DNA of 63,755 bases, counting the filler, from an uncultured bacterium (GTDB lineage Bacteria > Latescibacterota > UBA2968), in the NCBI GenBank assembly GCA_964471275.1. It is 2 parts of 2 records of this genome, joined end to end, with 100 filler letters (N's around TTAATTAATTAA, not from the genome) between each part and the next. Parts side by side here need not be neighbours in the genome. Positions count along the whole stretch, not along the records: positions 1 to 31,915 come from CAYYGZ010000021.1; 1 more part is not named here. The stretch is one strand, 5' to 3'. A program made the translations under genes and the position numbers. Below, piece after piece: positions 9,758-20,377 of this stretch. The notes below the pieces were generated by a model, which had not been told where the DNA came from, made no database searches, and was given only the letters and a program-made list of their open reading frames with translations. The first letter of the stretch is position 1. Every line of letters begins with the position of its first letter.

Positions 9758-10345
9758 ATGACAGCCCTGACAGTTGCCCTCGTAAGCAGTGCTCTTCTCG
9801 TCGTTGCATGGTACGTGTTTTCGCCGGCGGTTCAAGCCTACAGGCGATTTCGCGGTCAGCTTGTCGTGGCGTGTCCCGAGACGGGTCAAGCCGTGGCAAC
9901 ACGCGTAGATGCCCGCCATCTGGCCTTGTCAGCGGTTCGCCGAACCTGGGAGATGGAGATCGAGTCGTGTGATCAGTGGCCAGGGCAACCCGGCTGCGAT
10001 CAGGTCTGCACAACTTCGATCGAAGATGCACCCGAGCAGTGTTCGGTTCGGGAACGTCTGCGGGTATGGTATCACGGAAAGTCGTGCGTGAAGTGCGGAA
10101 GCGTGTTTGCGAACGTTGATTCTTACGATCACACGGCACGCGTATCGTACGACAAGAAGCCAGCCCTCCTCAGTCTGGATGATGAGGTCATCCAATGGAA
10201 GGACGTTCACCCCGTAGACCTGTTGAAGCTGCTGGACACCCACCAGCCGATCTGCTGGGATTGCGCCACGATCGAGACGTTCCGGAAGCACAAGCCGGAT
10301 TGGGTGATCGACGGGGAGTTTACGTACCGCAGTCTGCACTTCTAG
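9758..10345 (+). CDS. Membrane-anchored cysteine-rich hypothetical protein
   Basis: AGGAGG RBS before ATG 9758; N-terminal TM helix; CPETG, CDQWP...CDQVC, CVKC, CWDC. Confidence 0.75.
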   Translation: MTALTVALVSSALLVVAWYVFSPAVQAYRRFRGQLVVACPETGQAVATRVDARHLALSAVRRTWEMEIESCDQWPGQPGCDQVCTTSIEDAPEQCSVRERLRVWYHGKSCVKCGSVFANVDSYDHTARVSYDKKPALLSLDDEVIQWKDVHPVDLLKLLDTHQPICWDCATIETFRKHKPDWVIDGEFTYRSLHF

Positions 10346-10382
10346 GTCTGTGTGGCGAAGGGGGGGTAATGCCAAACCGGTG

Positions 10383-10458
10383 GCCCTTCGATACGGCACG
10401 GCTGGGGTTCGTATAGCGGAGGATTGAGATATCCGCCACTCTGTGTGCCTACTCAGGG
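10383..10458 (+). repeat. Dispersed REP-like element, family B copy 1
   Basis: Ends GCCCTTCGATACGGCA ... TGCCTACTCAGGG recur exactly, inverted, at 25432-25504. Confidence 0.7.
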
Positions 10459-10483
10459 TGATCTGTGGTCGTATCGCCTCTGC

Positions 10484-11671
10484 CTAATCGAAGAAATCCC
10501 TGTCCTCTTCTTTCAGATAATCCCGTGCCTTCTCGTTGAACGTCACGCCCAGGCCCGGGGTGTCCCACACCTCGATATGGCTGTCTCTGACGATCGGATG
10601 AGGGAGGCCGTCGACTATGCTGTACCACCATTCCGGATTCCCGGTGGGATACTCGAAGGCGATGTAGTTGGACGGGAGCGTCGCACAGACCTGGACGAGC
10701 GCCGCGAGACCGAAAAGACCGTCACCTGTTCCGTGGGGGGCCATCAGGATTCCGTGTAGATCGGCATATTCGGTCACCCATTTGAGTTCGGCGATCCCAC
10801 CGATGTCGCACGGGTCAGGTCCGATTACATTCACGGCCTTCTGTTCGATCAGGTCCTTGAAGTTCTGCCGCAGGTAGATCTGTTCGCCCGTATGAATCGG
10901 TGTGGTGGTCTGCATCGTGACGTCCCGGTATACGTCCGGGTTGACATACGGAATGTAGTCGCCGGTCAGTGCATCTTCAATCCACATCAGGTTCAGCCGT
11001 TCACACTCTTTCGCCAGACGGAGCAGGTCTGTCGGGACCATTCCCGGGCCCGCGTCCAGCGCAAGACCGACCTCGTCACCACACACATCCTTCATAGCTT
11101 CGATACAGGCGACGAGATGGTTGAATCCCTTCTCGGTCAGCAGGCCGCGATTGGGGTGACGACTGGCATTCACTACGTCACCGTGGTAGAAGCCCAGTAT
11201 CTTCGTCGCCATGGGGCCGTGAAAGGCAACGCCCTGCTTGATAATGGTGAATCCCTCCGGCGAGGCTTTCATCCTGGCGATGTTTTCCGCGTAGTTCTCG
11301 GGTTCGAAGCCTTCCAGAGGAAACCGTACAGCTCCGTTATAGACCTGAACGCGATCGCGAACTTTCCCACCGAGCAGTTTGTAGACAGGCAGTCCTGCCG
11401 CTTTCCCGGCGATATCCCAGAGGGCGAATTCGATCGCACTGACGGCACTGCCCCAGGGCTTGAATGCTCCGAGCCTGCGGATCCGGGACATCACACGCTC
11501 GACGTCCGTTGGGTCTTGTCCCAGGATGTATTCCCGGTAGAAGAGGACGTGAGGCTTCAGGTATCCCTTGCTGTACTCGGCTTGCCCATATCCGTCGATG
11601 CCTGCATCCGTGATGATGCGAACGACGGGGTTGTTGCCGATCGTCGCGCACTTCAGATCAGTGATCTTCAT
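10484..11671 (-). CDS. Mandelate racemase/muconate lactonizing enzyme family (enolase superfamily)
   Basis: MKITDLK start with GAGG RBS; SAIEFALWDIAGK, LALDAG, WIED, TGE, APH. Confidence 0.9.
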   Translation of the reverse strand: MKITDLKCATIGNNPVVRIITDAGIDGYGQAEYSKGYLKPHVLFYREYILGQDPTDVERVMSRIRRLGAFKPWGSAVSAIEFALWDIAGKAAGLPVYKLLGGKVRDRVQVYNGAVRFPLEGFEPENYAENIARMKASPEGFTIIKQGVAFHGPMATKILGFYHGDVVNASRHPNRGLLTEKGFNHLVACIEAMKDVCGDEVGLALDAGPGMVPTDLLRLAKECERLNLMWIEDALTGDYIPYVNPDVYRDVTMQTTTPIHTGEQIYLRQNFKDLIEQKAVNVIGPDPCDIGGIAELKWVTEYADLHGILMAPHGTGDGLFGLAALVQVCATLPSNYIAFEYPTGNPEWWYSIVDGLPHPIVRDSHIEVWDTPGLGVTFNEKARDYLKEEDRDFFD

Positions 11672-11979
11672 CTGGACCTCTCGTTCGATCGGTCGAAACA
11701 CATCGATTTGACGAAGCTGCGATCCCTTCACTGTTTTCGCTATACCGGGCATCTTTGCCGGGCAAGAGCCGCGTGTGATCCTCTTGCAGCGTTCGGTGTC
11801 CGGCGCTGAAAGGTCGATGATGACGCAGGGATTGACGCCAGACGCACGGTCAGAAAGCAGGATGCTGTTGCGACCCTCCTACAAGCGTGTGACGTGGCGG
11901 ATCTTCACCGATCGGTCAATGAAGCGATCGTCGAAAGGCAGTTGGCGATGGGTGTCGACATCAATCGGCGTGGTTGTCA

Positions 11980-13035
11980 TCACGTGGTCTGAAGCCTGAC
12001 CTCGGTACCCGTTTCTGCTGAACGGTAGATGGCTCGGACGACGTCGAGTGAACGTCTGCCCTCAGCGCCGTTCACCACCGGTTCGCGATCCTCACGGATC
12101 GCGTCAACGAAGTCCTGGATCTGCCTGCGATGCGCTTCGCCGCCTTCCTCCAGAACGGCTGCTGCTCCGGAATGCTCGACGGGTGCGCGCTCGTCGATAT
12201 CGCGCACACCTTCGTCGAAGGTCTCCCAATGTCTGATCCAGACATCCTCTGTGCCATCGAGGATGATCGTGCCCTCCGATCCGTGAATCTCGATCCGCTG
12301 CTGGAAGTCCGGATGCACGGACGTCGTTGCCTGGATGACTCCCAACGCGCCGTTCGAGTATTTGACTGCGGCGACACAAGTGTCCTCAACTTCTATGCCC
12401 TCGTGTGCCCGAACATCCGTGTAGGCTTTCACCGAAGCCACATCTCCTGCAAGATGAATGAGCAGATCCAGACCGTGGATCCCCTGGTTGATGAGCGCGC
12501 CGCCACCGTCGAGCGCCCGTGTGCCCTTCCATCGTGAATCATTGTAGTATTCCTGGGGACGATAGAACTTCATGTAGCAGTCGGCCATCACGGGGTTCCC
12601 GAGCGTGCCTGCATCCAGAGCCTGCTTGACTTCCTGACAGGCGTCCAGGAAGCGGAGCTGGAAGATGACGCCTAGTTTCACACGGTTGGCTCCGCACGAG
12701 GCGATCAGCGCATCCGCCCGATCCAGGCTTATTTCAATCGGCTTCTCGACCAGGACGTGTTTGCCGGCTTCAGCCGCCGGTATTCCGAACAGCGCGTGCT
12801 CGCCACTGGCTGTGCAGATGGATACCGCGTCCACATCGTCGCGTTCGAGGATACCGGGGTAATCCGTCGTCGGGTCCCCACCAAAGCGATCGCAAATGTC
12901 TTTGGCGCGCGCGTGGTCTCGTGAGCATATGGAAACCAGATCGGCATCGGAAAGGTCACCGATGACCTTCGCGTGCAGCTGGCTGATCATCCCTGCTCCG
13001 ACGATGGCGAATCGAATGGGTTTCCGTGATGCCAA
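11980..13035 (-). CDS. Gfo/Idh/MocA family oxidoreductase
   Basis: GAGMIS Rossmann motif, HVLVEKP, GGGALINQGIH. TTG start at 13035 after GGAGG. Confidence 0.92.
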   Translation of the reverse strand: MASRKPIRFAIVGAGMISQLHAKVIGDLSDADLVSICSRDHARAKDICDRFGGDPTTDYPGILERDDVDAVSICTASGEHALFGIPAAEAGKHVLVEKPIEISLDRADALIASCGANRVKLGVIFQLRFLDACQEVKQALDAGTLGNPVMADCYMKFYRPQEYYNDSRWKGTRALDGGGALINQGIHGLDLLIHLAGDVASVKAYTDVRAHEGIEVEDTCVAAVKYSNGALGVIQATTSVHPDFQQRIEIHGSEGTIILDGTEDVWIRHWETFDEGVRDIDERAPVEHSGAAAVLEEGGEAHRRQIQDFVDAIREDREPVVNGAEGRRSLDVVRAIYRSAETGTEVRLQTT

Positions 13036-13048
13036 AGTTCCTCCTGGA

Positions 13049-14776
13049 TCAGACCGGATCAACGTAAACGTAGTATGCACCGATGTCGTCGCCCTGGTCA
13101 TCGACAAACCAGGACTGCAGCAACGTTTCTCCGGAGTTCAGTTCAGCTGTGAAGATGATGCCCTTGTCGTCCGGACCTACCTCTGACTCCTGCTCGATCT
13201 CTCCCACCTTCAACCTGGCCGTTTTAACCGAGACGGCCTTCCCCCCACCGTAACCATCCTTGATCTGACCGTAGTTCAGCAGGTCACCCGGGATACCCTC
13301 CACAATCGCACGGTCCTCTTCCTTTGGCCAACGGCGGAGTTCTATTCGGTATGTGCCCGGCTGTGCGACGTCGATCTCCCAGTATCCGTTGCACTCCATC
13401 GCTCCGCGGATCTGAGACTGGTTCCACGCGCACGCGGCATCCGGGTTGCGCCAATCGTGGGAGTTGAGACGGACACGCGGTTCTTCGGGTGATCCGATCG
13501 GAATCGGAACCGTCCCGCTGAATTGTCGAGAGACCTTGTCCCACCAGTCGTCGTAGTCCGAGCGAAGTCTGCCAACCACCTCCGGATGTGAGGCCGCGAT
13601 GTCGCTCTGCTGTCCGGGATCTGCCTGGATGTCGTAGAGCTCCTCACCGTTCACGAGTCGCCAACGCTGCGTCATCGTCGCACTTTTGCGCCACTTGACG
13701 GGATCCGTGATCCGCTGACTGTCCGTGACTAGCGTGCGGTCCGGCCAGTCGACCCGCTCGTTCAGGATCAGCGATGCGATCGTCCGACCATCGAAAGCCA
13801 GGTCGTCGCGATCGATTCCACAGAGTGTCATCAGCGTCGGCATCATGTCCACGTTGGCCGTCAACGTGTCGACGTCCCGGCCCACAGTCAGCCCGGCAGC
13901 GGGCCAGTGCAGGAAGAGGGGTACGCGGTGTCCTCCCTCGTACTCCGACCCCTTTATGCCGCGCATACCAGCGTTGTACCCGTGGTCGATAAACTGACCT
14001 TCGCCCGGCTTCGCGCCGCCGGCGGTTCCATTGTCCGTCATGAAAATGAAGATGGTGTTCTCTGTGAGACCCAGCTCGTCGAGACGACGACGCAAACCCC
14101 CGACGTTCTCGTCAATACAGGAGATCATCCCGTAGAAGTTGGCACGATCTTCTGTCTCGACCTGATCGTCGTATTGGCGGCTGTAGTCGTCGTCGACGAT
14201 GAAGGGGCTGTGAGGCGCGTTTGTCGTGATGAAGCAGAGGAAGGGATCTTCCTTGTGGTGTTCGATGAACTTGAGCCCTTCCTGGAACCAGATGTCCGTG
14301 CAGTAGCCCTCGAAAGGCTTCCACTCACCGTTTACCGCGTAGTGATCGTCGTTGTAGTTGTTGCCCCAGTAGTCCGGTGTGTTTCCGATTCCGCCGCCAC
14401 CGTGCGTCGCGACTTCCTGGAAGCCACGGTCCTGCGGCCGGTAAGGATAATTGTCACCCAGATGCCACTTACCGAAGAGCCCGGTTGCGTAGCCCACATC
14501 CGAAAAGGCATTGGCGATACTGTACTCGTCCTGTCTCAGGAGCGAACGGCCCCCGATCGTGTGCCAGACGCCCGTGCTGTTGTGGAAGTGACCCGTCATC
14601 AGTCCGGCGCGCGTGGGGGCACAGGTGGGGCCGACGTGGTAATTCGTCAGTCGAACCGACTCGGCGTGCAGCTTGTCCAGGTTTGGCGTCTTGATGACGG
14701 GGTTGCCGTGGCAGCCGAGCTCGCCATAGCCCTGATCATCCGTGAGGACAAATACGATGTTGGGTCTATCAGTCAT
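13049..14776 (-). CDS. Arylsulfatase A-like sulfatase
   Basis: PNIVFVLTDDQG, CAPTRAGLMTG, GKWHLG, TDNG. Confidence 0.93.
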   Translation of the reverse strand: MTDRPNIVFVLTDDQGYGELGCHGNPVIKTPNLDKLHAESVRLTNYHVGPTCAPTRAGLMTGHFHNSTGVWHTIGGRSLLRQDEYSIANAFSDVGYATGLFGKWHLGDNYPYRPQDRGFQEVATHGGGGIGNTPDYWGNNYNDDHYAVNGEWKPFEGYCTDIWFQEGLKFIEHHKEDPFLCFITTNAPHSPFIVDDDYSRQYDDQVETEDRANFYGMISCIDENVGGLRRRLDELGLTENTIFIFMTDNGTAGGAKPGEGQFIDHGYNAGMRGIKGSEYEGGHRVPLFLHWPAAGLTVGRDVDTLTANVDMMPTLMTLCGIDRDDLAFDGRTIASLILNERVDWPDRTLVTDSQRITDPVKWRKSATMTQRWRLVNGEELYDIQADPGQQSDIAASHPEVVGRLRSDYDDWWDKVSRQFSGTVPIPIGSPEEPRVRLNSHDWRNPDAACAWNQSQIRGAMECNGYWEIDVAQPGTYRIELRRWPKEEDRAIVEGIPGDLLNYGQIKDGYGGGKAVSVKTARLKVGEIEQESEVGPDDKGIIFTAELNSGETLLQSWFVDDQGDDIGAYYVYVDPV

Positions 14777-14837
14777 CCAGAAGTCCAGTGAAGTGTAGGG
14801 CGCATAGCATTGAAATACCGATCTGCAGACGAAGAAC

Positions 14838-15710
14838 TCAGAGCTCAGGTATCTCCCAGTTGTTTCGCCATTGCGAATTCTCTGGCGGGGTTTCGTCGCC
14901 TTGCTGCAAGGATGCGAAGTCCTTCAGCCCTGGTTGAATCTCGTGACTCCAGATCTGTTCGACGTCACCGAAGGTAAGGGGCTTCTTGCGGGAGGGCGAG
15001 TATTGACCGATCAGGTCTCTTGCTTTTGTGCCTATACGGTCTATCACATCCTCGGTCATCGCGTTGCCAACCTGCCGACTGGCGCGGTCGTTGAGCTTCC
15101 CCATCGCGAAGTATGGGCCGGGGGCATCCAGTTCGGGCATCCGCGACAGATCGACACAGTCGGGTGCTACGGACCAGAGCTGCGACGTCTCACCGCGGCC
15201 GGCGTGACCGCCTGTGCCCTCACCATCTCCAAAGTGATCTGTATCTGTCCCGCTGCTGACGAACCAGTCTATCTGCGTGTCGACGTGCCGCTGCATCGTT
15301 TCGAGGATGACGGGCACATCCAGACGATGCGGGCCCGAGTGACCCGAGAAGATGATTGTGGCCTTGAGCCGAAGCGCATCCATTGCGCGGATGTGGTAGC
15401 ACATGTTCTTGAGGAATATCCAGGGCGGCACCGCGGTCAACCAGGTTCGTTGGTTCCCGATCTGTTTGTGTCCCCAGACGGCATATCCGCCGACCTCGTG
15501 ACAATGCCAGTATTCGGGCGGGCAGACGATGCCTCCGTGTCGACGTGCAGCCAGGATGCAGGTCTCGTGTGAACGGATCCCGTCGTTACTGAGGGCGTTG
15601 AGCGGTCCGTGGGGTTCACACAGACCATAGGGCAGGTAGGCAGCTGGAAAAGCGTCGTAGGCCGCTTCGAGTTCATCGGGGAACATGCGTTCCCATCGGA
15701 CTTCGCGCAT
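14838..15710 (-). CDS. Creatininase/amidohydrolase family protein
   Basis: PYGLCEPHG, SGH, GHAGRGETS motifs. Confidence 0.85.
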   Translation of the reverse strand: MREVRWERMFPDELEAAYDAFPAAYLPYGLCEPHGPLNALSNDGIRSHETCILAARRHGGIVCPPEYWHCHEVGGYAVWGHKQIGNQRTWLTAVPPWIFLKNMCYHIRAMDALRLKATIIFSGHSGPHRLDVPVILETMQRHVDTQIDWFVSSGTDTDHFGDGEGTGGHAGRGETSQLWSVAPDCVDLSRMPELDAPGPYFAMGKLNDRASRQVGNAMTEDVIDRIGTKARDLIGQYSPSRKKPLTFGDVEQIWSHEIQPGLKDFASLQQGDETPPENSQWRNNWEIPEL

Positions 15711-15748
15711 GGTAGACCTCGAGAATAGAGTTCAGGGAGAAGAGACTG

Positions 15749-15805
15749 CGTTCCAGAGAAGCAAGTGGCGTTGCAGGTTCCAGGTGAACCGGAAGATCGG
15801 GACGC
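15749..15805. repeat. Degenerate copy of palindromic repeat family A
   Basis: CGTTCCAGAGAAGCAAGTGGCGTTGCAGGTTCCA resembles the left arms at 23969 and 47086. Confidence 0.45.
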
Positions 15806-15888
15806 TGTTGCTCCTTTGAGTGGGCAATACAGCGTGGGATCGAATCTGTCCGGCATAGATACATATCCCGCGTTCGAGGCATTGTGAT

Positions 15889-17346
15889 CTAGAATCCGCC
15901 AGCCTGGATGACCGGGCGACGATCCTCCGTCTGGATACACCAGTCCAGGATTCTTGCCGTCAGTTCTGCCTTTCTTCCCGCTTGATCCGTATCCCCCCAC
16001 AGATTCACCAGTTCTCCCGGGTCGGCCTGCAAGTCGTACAATTCACCCTCTTCGTTGCCCGGGTAGTAGACGAGCTTCCAATCCCGGGTCCGGATGGATT
16101 TGATCGGCCCGAGATCTCCCTTCTTCTGTCGTGGGGCGAAATCGGGCGATGTCGGTGAGGTCGGCAGATCCTCGATGTCCTCGTGGCTTTGTGTGTGCAG
16201 CCGACCGTCCGGTGACTCCACGCCGATCTCGCCGAACACGGAATCTCGAGGTGTGTATTTGCCACCTTCCACCAAGGGGAGCAAGCTCTGTCCCTGCAGG
16301 CCATCCGGATGTTCGAGACCGACGGCATCCAGAACGGTCGGCATCAGGTCGATGATCTCGGTGAACTCAGCTCGACGTTCACCTGCGGGAATACGCTCCG
16401 GCCACCGAATGATCAAAGGGATGCGAGTCAGGCAGTCATACAGCGCTTTCGACTTACGAATCATCCGATGTTCGCCAAGATACTCACCGTGGTCGGATAC
16501 GTAGATGATGAGCGTGTCGTCCGTCAGCCCAAGCGAATCCACACGATTCAGGAGCCTGCCTACTTCATCGTCGATGTACGTGTTCATCCCGAAATACATT
16601 GCCGTGACGCGCCGGATATCTTCCTCTGTGACCTTGTCCCCACAGAGCGCCAGATGGTCGAGTTGTTGAGCGACCGGTTTGCTGTTCACTTCATCGTCCA
16701 GCTGGTCGGGGATGGGAACGCCCGCCGGATCATACATCGACGCGTAGGGCTCGGCGGTCTGGAGCGGTGTATGGGGATCCGCGATCGAGCACCACAGGAA
16801 GAAGGGTTGATCGGTTCGGTGGTTGTCAAGGAAGTCGACCGCGTGCGTGACCGTGAAGGCCGTCCCCAGCGATTCGGATGCGCCCGGGTTGGTGACGGTT
16901 CCCCAGCAGCGTCTGTTGATCTGTGAATCGGGGATGAACTGTTTGGCGCTCAGAGCAGCCTGATCCGGCGGCTCCGTCGGCCCCCCGTGGCCACATTGCC
17001 ACACGTAGTCGAATCGATCGAGATCGGCTTCGCGGAAGCAGTGGTTCTTGCCGCTCAAGGCTGTCGTGTATCCGGCCTCGGCAAGCAGCTTGATAAGGTG
17101 GTTCTGATCCGGTTGCATCCAGACGCTGTTCGCCCGGGATCGCGTGGTGTGACTGTATCGCCCCGTGAATGCCATCACACGCGACGGAACGCAAACGGGA
17201 TAAGGTGTGAAGGCGAAGTCGAAAAGCGTGCCCTCAGATGCGAGCCTTTCCAGGTTCGGGGTTCTGCACACGGGGTTGCCGTAGACGGAGAGCGAGTCGC
17301 GCTTCTGCTGGTCCGTCATAATCAGGATGATGTTTGGACGATTCAT
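15889..17346 (-). CDS. Sulfatase-like hydrolase (choline-sulfatase-like)
   Basis: PNIILIMTDQQ, CVPSR, GKNH, SDHG, ELYDLQADPGE. Confidence 0.92.
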   Translation of the reverse strand: MNRPNIILIMTDQQKRDSLSVYGNPVCRTPNLERLASEGTLFDFAFTPYPVCVPSRVMAFTGRYSHTTRSRANSVWMQPDQNHLIKLLAEAGYTTALSGKNHCFREADLDRFDYVWQCGHGGPTEPPDQAALSAKQFIPDSQINRRCWGTVTNPGASESLGTAFTVTHAVDFLDNHRTDQPFFLWCSIADPHTPLQTAEPYASMYDPAGVPIPDQLDDEVNSKPVAQQLDHLALCGDKVTEEDIRRVTAMYFGMNTYIDDEVGRLLNRVDSLGLTDDTLIIYVSDHGEYLGEHRMIRKSKALYDCLTRIPLIIRWPERIPAGERRAEFTEIIDLMPTVLDAVGLEHPDGLQGQSLLPLVEGGKYTPRDSVFGEIGVESPDGRLHTQSHEDIEDLPTSPTSPDFAPRQKKGDLGPIKSIRTRDWKLVYYPGNEEGELYDLQADPGELVNLWGDTDQAGRKAELTARILDWCIQTEDRRPVIQAGGF

Positions 17347-18198
17347 CTACGGCTCCGCCTTTCCATTCGATTGTCGAATGTGACGGCTCGGCTTGCCAAA
17401 GGTGAGTATCTCGTCCTTCGCAAGCTTCATCGGGATGTGATTGTGGAGCCAACCGCCGCCCGACAATCCATCCGGGAATTCGTGGATCAACATGCCGGCC
17501 TGGTTGATCTTCAGTTTCTGGGCAATTGTTGCGTCAGGTCTGGCGACAAAGCTGGCCCAATGCGAGTAGGGGTGAGAGGAATTGTTGGCGATTGCCCACA
17601 TCTGGTTGTCCGCACAGCGTGTCGGAACCTGGCGACAGTTGAGTACGTCCAGACAGTTCGGTCCTCTTCCACGCGCATTGTAGAAGGAATGGAGCATGAT
17701 CTTTGCACCCAGATCGCGGTAGGCCGTGTATACCTGGGGATAGCAGACATCGTAACAGATGGCCAGACCGATCTTGATGCCGTTGACGGTGTGGGCGACG
17801 AGCCGGTTTCCAGCCGAGTATGCCTGCTGATCACTCTTCGTACACATACACTTGTCGTAGCGATCGACTATTCGACCCCGGTTGTCGATCCAGTAGAGGC
17901 AATTGGTTGGCTTGTTTCGCCCATCAAGGAAGTGTCCCGATCCGAGAATCAGACCGATCTCGAGCTTGCTGCACAGATCGCGCAGAGATTGCGTCTCTGT
18001 CCGAAGCAGTTCCCAGTCAAAGGAGCGAAAGCTGTCGAAATCCGTCCGTGCATAGCCGGACAGGCAGGCTTCCGACGTGTGCAGGATGTGGGCGTTGCTC
18101 TCTGCTGCACGTTTCAGGTAGCGTCGGATGTAGCGTGCGTTCCGGGAGATATCACCGATGACGGGGAACTGACAGCTGGCTATTCTGAGTTTGCTCAA
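17347..18198 (-). CDS. Carbon-nitrogen hydrolase (nitrilase family)
   Basis: E-K-C triad: SEACLSGY, YDK, ICYD. Confidence 0.9.
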   Translation of the reverse strand: MSKLRIASCQFPVIGDISRNARYIRRYLKRAAESNAHILHTSEACLSGYARTDFDSFRSFDWELLRTETQSLRDLCSKLEIGLILGSGHFLDGRNKPTNCLYWIDNRGRIVDRYDKCMCTKSDQQAYSAGNRLVAHTVNGIKIGLAICYDVCYPQVYTAYRDLGAKIMLHSFYNARGRGPNCLDVLNCRQVPTRCADNQMWAIANNSSHPYSHWASFVARPDATIAQKLKINQAGMLIHEFPDGLSGGGWLHNHIPMKLAKDEILTFGKPSRHIRQSNGKAEP

Positions 18199-18297
18199 GA
18201 TTAAAGTCCTTTCATCCCTCGACTCCGCTTTGGTCAGGGGGTCGGCGCCCTGCAGACCTGGCGTGTCCTGTTCCTGGCAATCTCGACATCGGGATCA

Positions 18298-19623
18298 TCA
18301 GTCCATCAATCTGGCGTTGTACTGACGAGGTTCGGGTGTGTACCCCGTGAATGCAGGTTCGTCGAACGGTCCGGGTGTAAAGATGTAGACTTTTGGATCC
18401 CAGGGGTTGTAGAGAACAAGCTCTTCTCGATCATCGCCACAGACGTTTGCTGGAATACAGTGATACCAGGCCATCCGGCCAATCCGCTCGGGCGCGGGCA
18501 ATCCTGGCAGTTCAATGCTCTTCCCGGTAATTGGATCCCACAGCATCCCTCCGTTGTAGAGCAGAGCGGATTGGCTCTGTCCGTTCCAGCATACCGTCTC
18601 CATTCCTGTGTTGTTGGGCGATTCGTTGACGTGGAAGCGATTGATGCAGTCACCGGCTGTGTCGATGAGGACGACGTCCGTGTTGTGTCCGTTCCGGCGA
18701 ATTGCCATCTGAGGACGCGCGTCGTCGTCGAGAAACCGGCCAATCCGTACCTCCTGACCGTGCGGAACGAGATTATCCCCGAGCACCAGGATAACGCCTC
18801 CCGAAGCATCGATGACGTGACCGTGACCCGAACAGATCGCGCGATTCCGGCCGTCGTCCCACTCGGTGATGGCAACAGAATCCATGTGCGGGCCCCAGTC
18901 GTTTTCCCACAGGGTGGAGCCGTCGTGGTCGAGGAGGAAGTAGCCGCCGTTGACTTCGTCGCAACCGTCACCATCGATGTCGCCGACCGAAGGGATGTAC
19001 GCTGCGCAGTGACCGTAATCCGACCAGGGACACACATATCGCCAGAGCAGATCGAGATTCTGATCGAACGCCAGGACGACTGAGCCGAGCTTGATGATGA
19101 AATCACGGGGTGTTTCCAGACCGCGAAGGTTGGCGATCAGGATTCGTTGATGGACCCAGTTTGCTCCTCGCCCGGAGCAGGACGTTAGCTCAGACGGTGC
19201 CGAGCTATGCTTCAGATCCCCCGTCGCGCCGTCTCGAATCTGCATTTCAACATCCGAAAGAGAGTCTGGTGACGCGTGCACGTTGGATCGCTTGTAGAAG
19301 CAGAGGACCTCCGCCGCGCCGTCGCCATCGATGTCGTGAATGGCCACTGATCCAGGCCGTGACGGCTGCTCGCCACCCCCACCTACCTGCCAGAGCAGAC
19401 CGCCATCCATGTCGAAGGCCCCGATAAAGCACGGCTTCATCCCACCACCGTCGTGTGCATTGTCCAGGGATCTATATACCAGGAAGTCGACCGATCCCGG
19501 ACGCTGCAGGCTCCCCATTCGGATGTCACCCCCGTATGCGTGGGCGACACCGTCGATCTCAGTTGATACCTGGAGCGAATCGGGTATGGCGACGGTGCGC
19601 CAGAGAATGGGATTGCCTGACAT
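18298..19623 (-). CDS. FG-GAP / rhamnogalacturonan lyase-like beta-propeller protein
   Basis: DIDGDGAAEV and DIDGDGCDEV repeats, HMDS, HGQE. ATG 19623 lies just after the upstream gene stop. Confidence 0.65.
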   Translation of the reverse strand: MSGNPILWRTVAIPDSLQVSTEIDGVAHAYGGDIRMGSLQRPGSVDFLVYRSLDNAHDGGGMKPCFIGAFDMDGGLLWQVGGGGEQPSRPGSVAIHDIDGDGAAEVLCFYKRSNVHASPDSLSDVEMQIRDGATGDLKHSSAPSELTSCSGRGANWVHQRILIANLRGLETPRDFIIKLGSVVLAFDQNLDLLWRYVCPWSDYGHCAAYIPSVGDIDGDGCDEVNGGYFLLDHDGSTLWENDWGPHMDSVAITEWDDGRNRAICSGHGHVIDASGGVILVLGDNLVPHGQEVRIGRFLDDDARPQMAIRRNGHNTDVVLIDTAGDCINRFHVNESPNNTGMETVCWNGQSQSALLYNGGMLWDPITGKSIELPGLPAPERIGRMAWYHCIPANVCGDDREELVLYNPWDPKVYIFTPGPFDEPAFTGYTPEPRQYNARLMD

Positions 19624-19630
19624 CAAAGGG

Positions 19631-20374
19631 CTACCGCGTTCGTCGCTGGTAGGCAATCGCGTAGAAAGCCCTGGTCTGACCTGTCCGATTGGGCTCGCTG
19701 CGATGCCAGGTGTAGTTCGTGAAGAACAGACCGTCACCGGGTTCCATCGGGACCAATTCCTCCCGCGAATAGTCGATGTCTTCTTCACGGATTCGGTGCC
19801 GCTTGAAGGGAGTGAAACCGTCCGACATTCGACCCCACGGGGGATCGTCGTAGTAGGACTTGTGATCAGTCAGCGCCCACGCGTTGTGGCTCTCCGGCAG
19901 GACAGCGAGGGCGATCCCATCCGTGTCCACGGGGTCGGTCGGAATCCAGCAGTTGCAGCCGAGTTCCGGGTCGATCTTCCAATACCACGAGTCCTGGTGG
20001 TAATAACTGCGACCGCCCTGCTCTTGCTCGATCCATCCGTGCTTGATTCCGATCTGCTCCGTGAACAGATCGACTTCACCACCAAGCAGCGATGACATCG
20101 CGGAGACAATGTTCTCGTGCTCAGAGATATCGGCGAAGACCTGCTCGTTGAGTCCCGGCCGCTGCAGGCCTACGGGGATTGGTTTGCCTGTCTTGCTCGT
20201 GTAGATGGAGGGGTCGAGTATCTGGAAGTGTTTCGAAGGCCAGTCGGGCCGGTCAGCGGCGATCTCAAGGATTCGGGATCGGGCGGCGGTGATCAGGTCT
20301 GCGGGGATGAGATTCCGAATCAGGCAGTAGCCTCGCTGGCGGTAGGCTACGATATGTTCTTCCGCGGCGCTCAT
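19631..20374 (-). CDS. Phytanoyl-CoA dioxygenase (PhyH) family Fe/2OG oxygenase
   Basis: YHQD (HxD), PESH, WHRS.PN distal His. Confidence 0.9.
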   Translation of the reverse strand: MSAAEEHIVAYRQRGYCLIRNLIPADLITAARSRILEIAADRPDWPSKHFQILDPSIYTSKTGKPIPVGLQRPGLNEQVFADISEHENIVSAMSSLLGGEVDLFTEQIGIKHGWIEQEQGGRSYYHQDSWYWKIDPELGCNCWIPTDPVDTDGIALAVLPESHNAWALTDHKSYYDDPPWGRMSDGFTPFKRHRIREEDIDYSREELVPMEPGDGLFFTNYTWHRSEPNRTGQTRAFYAIAYQRRTR

Positions 20375-20377
20375 CGA

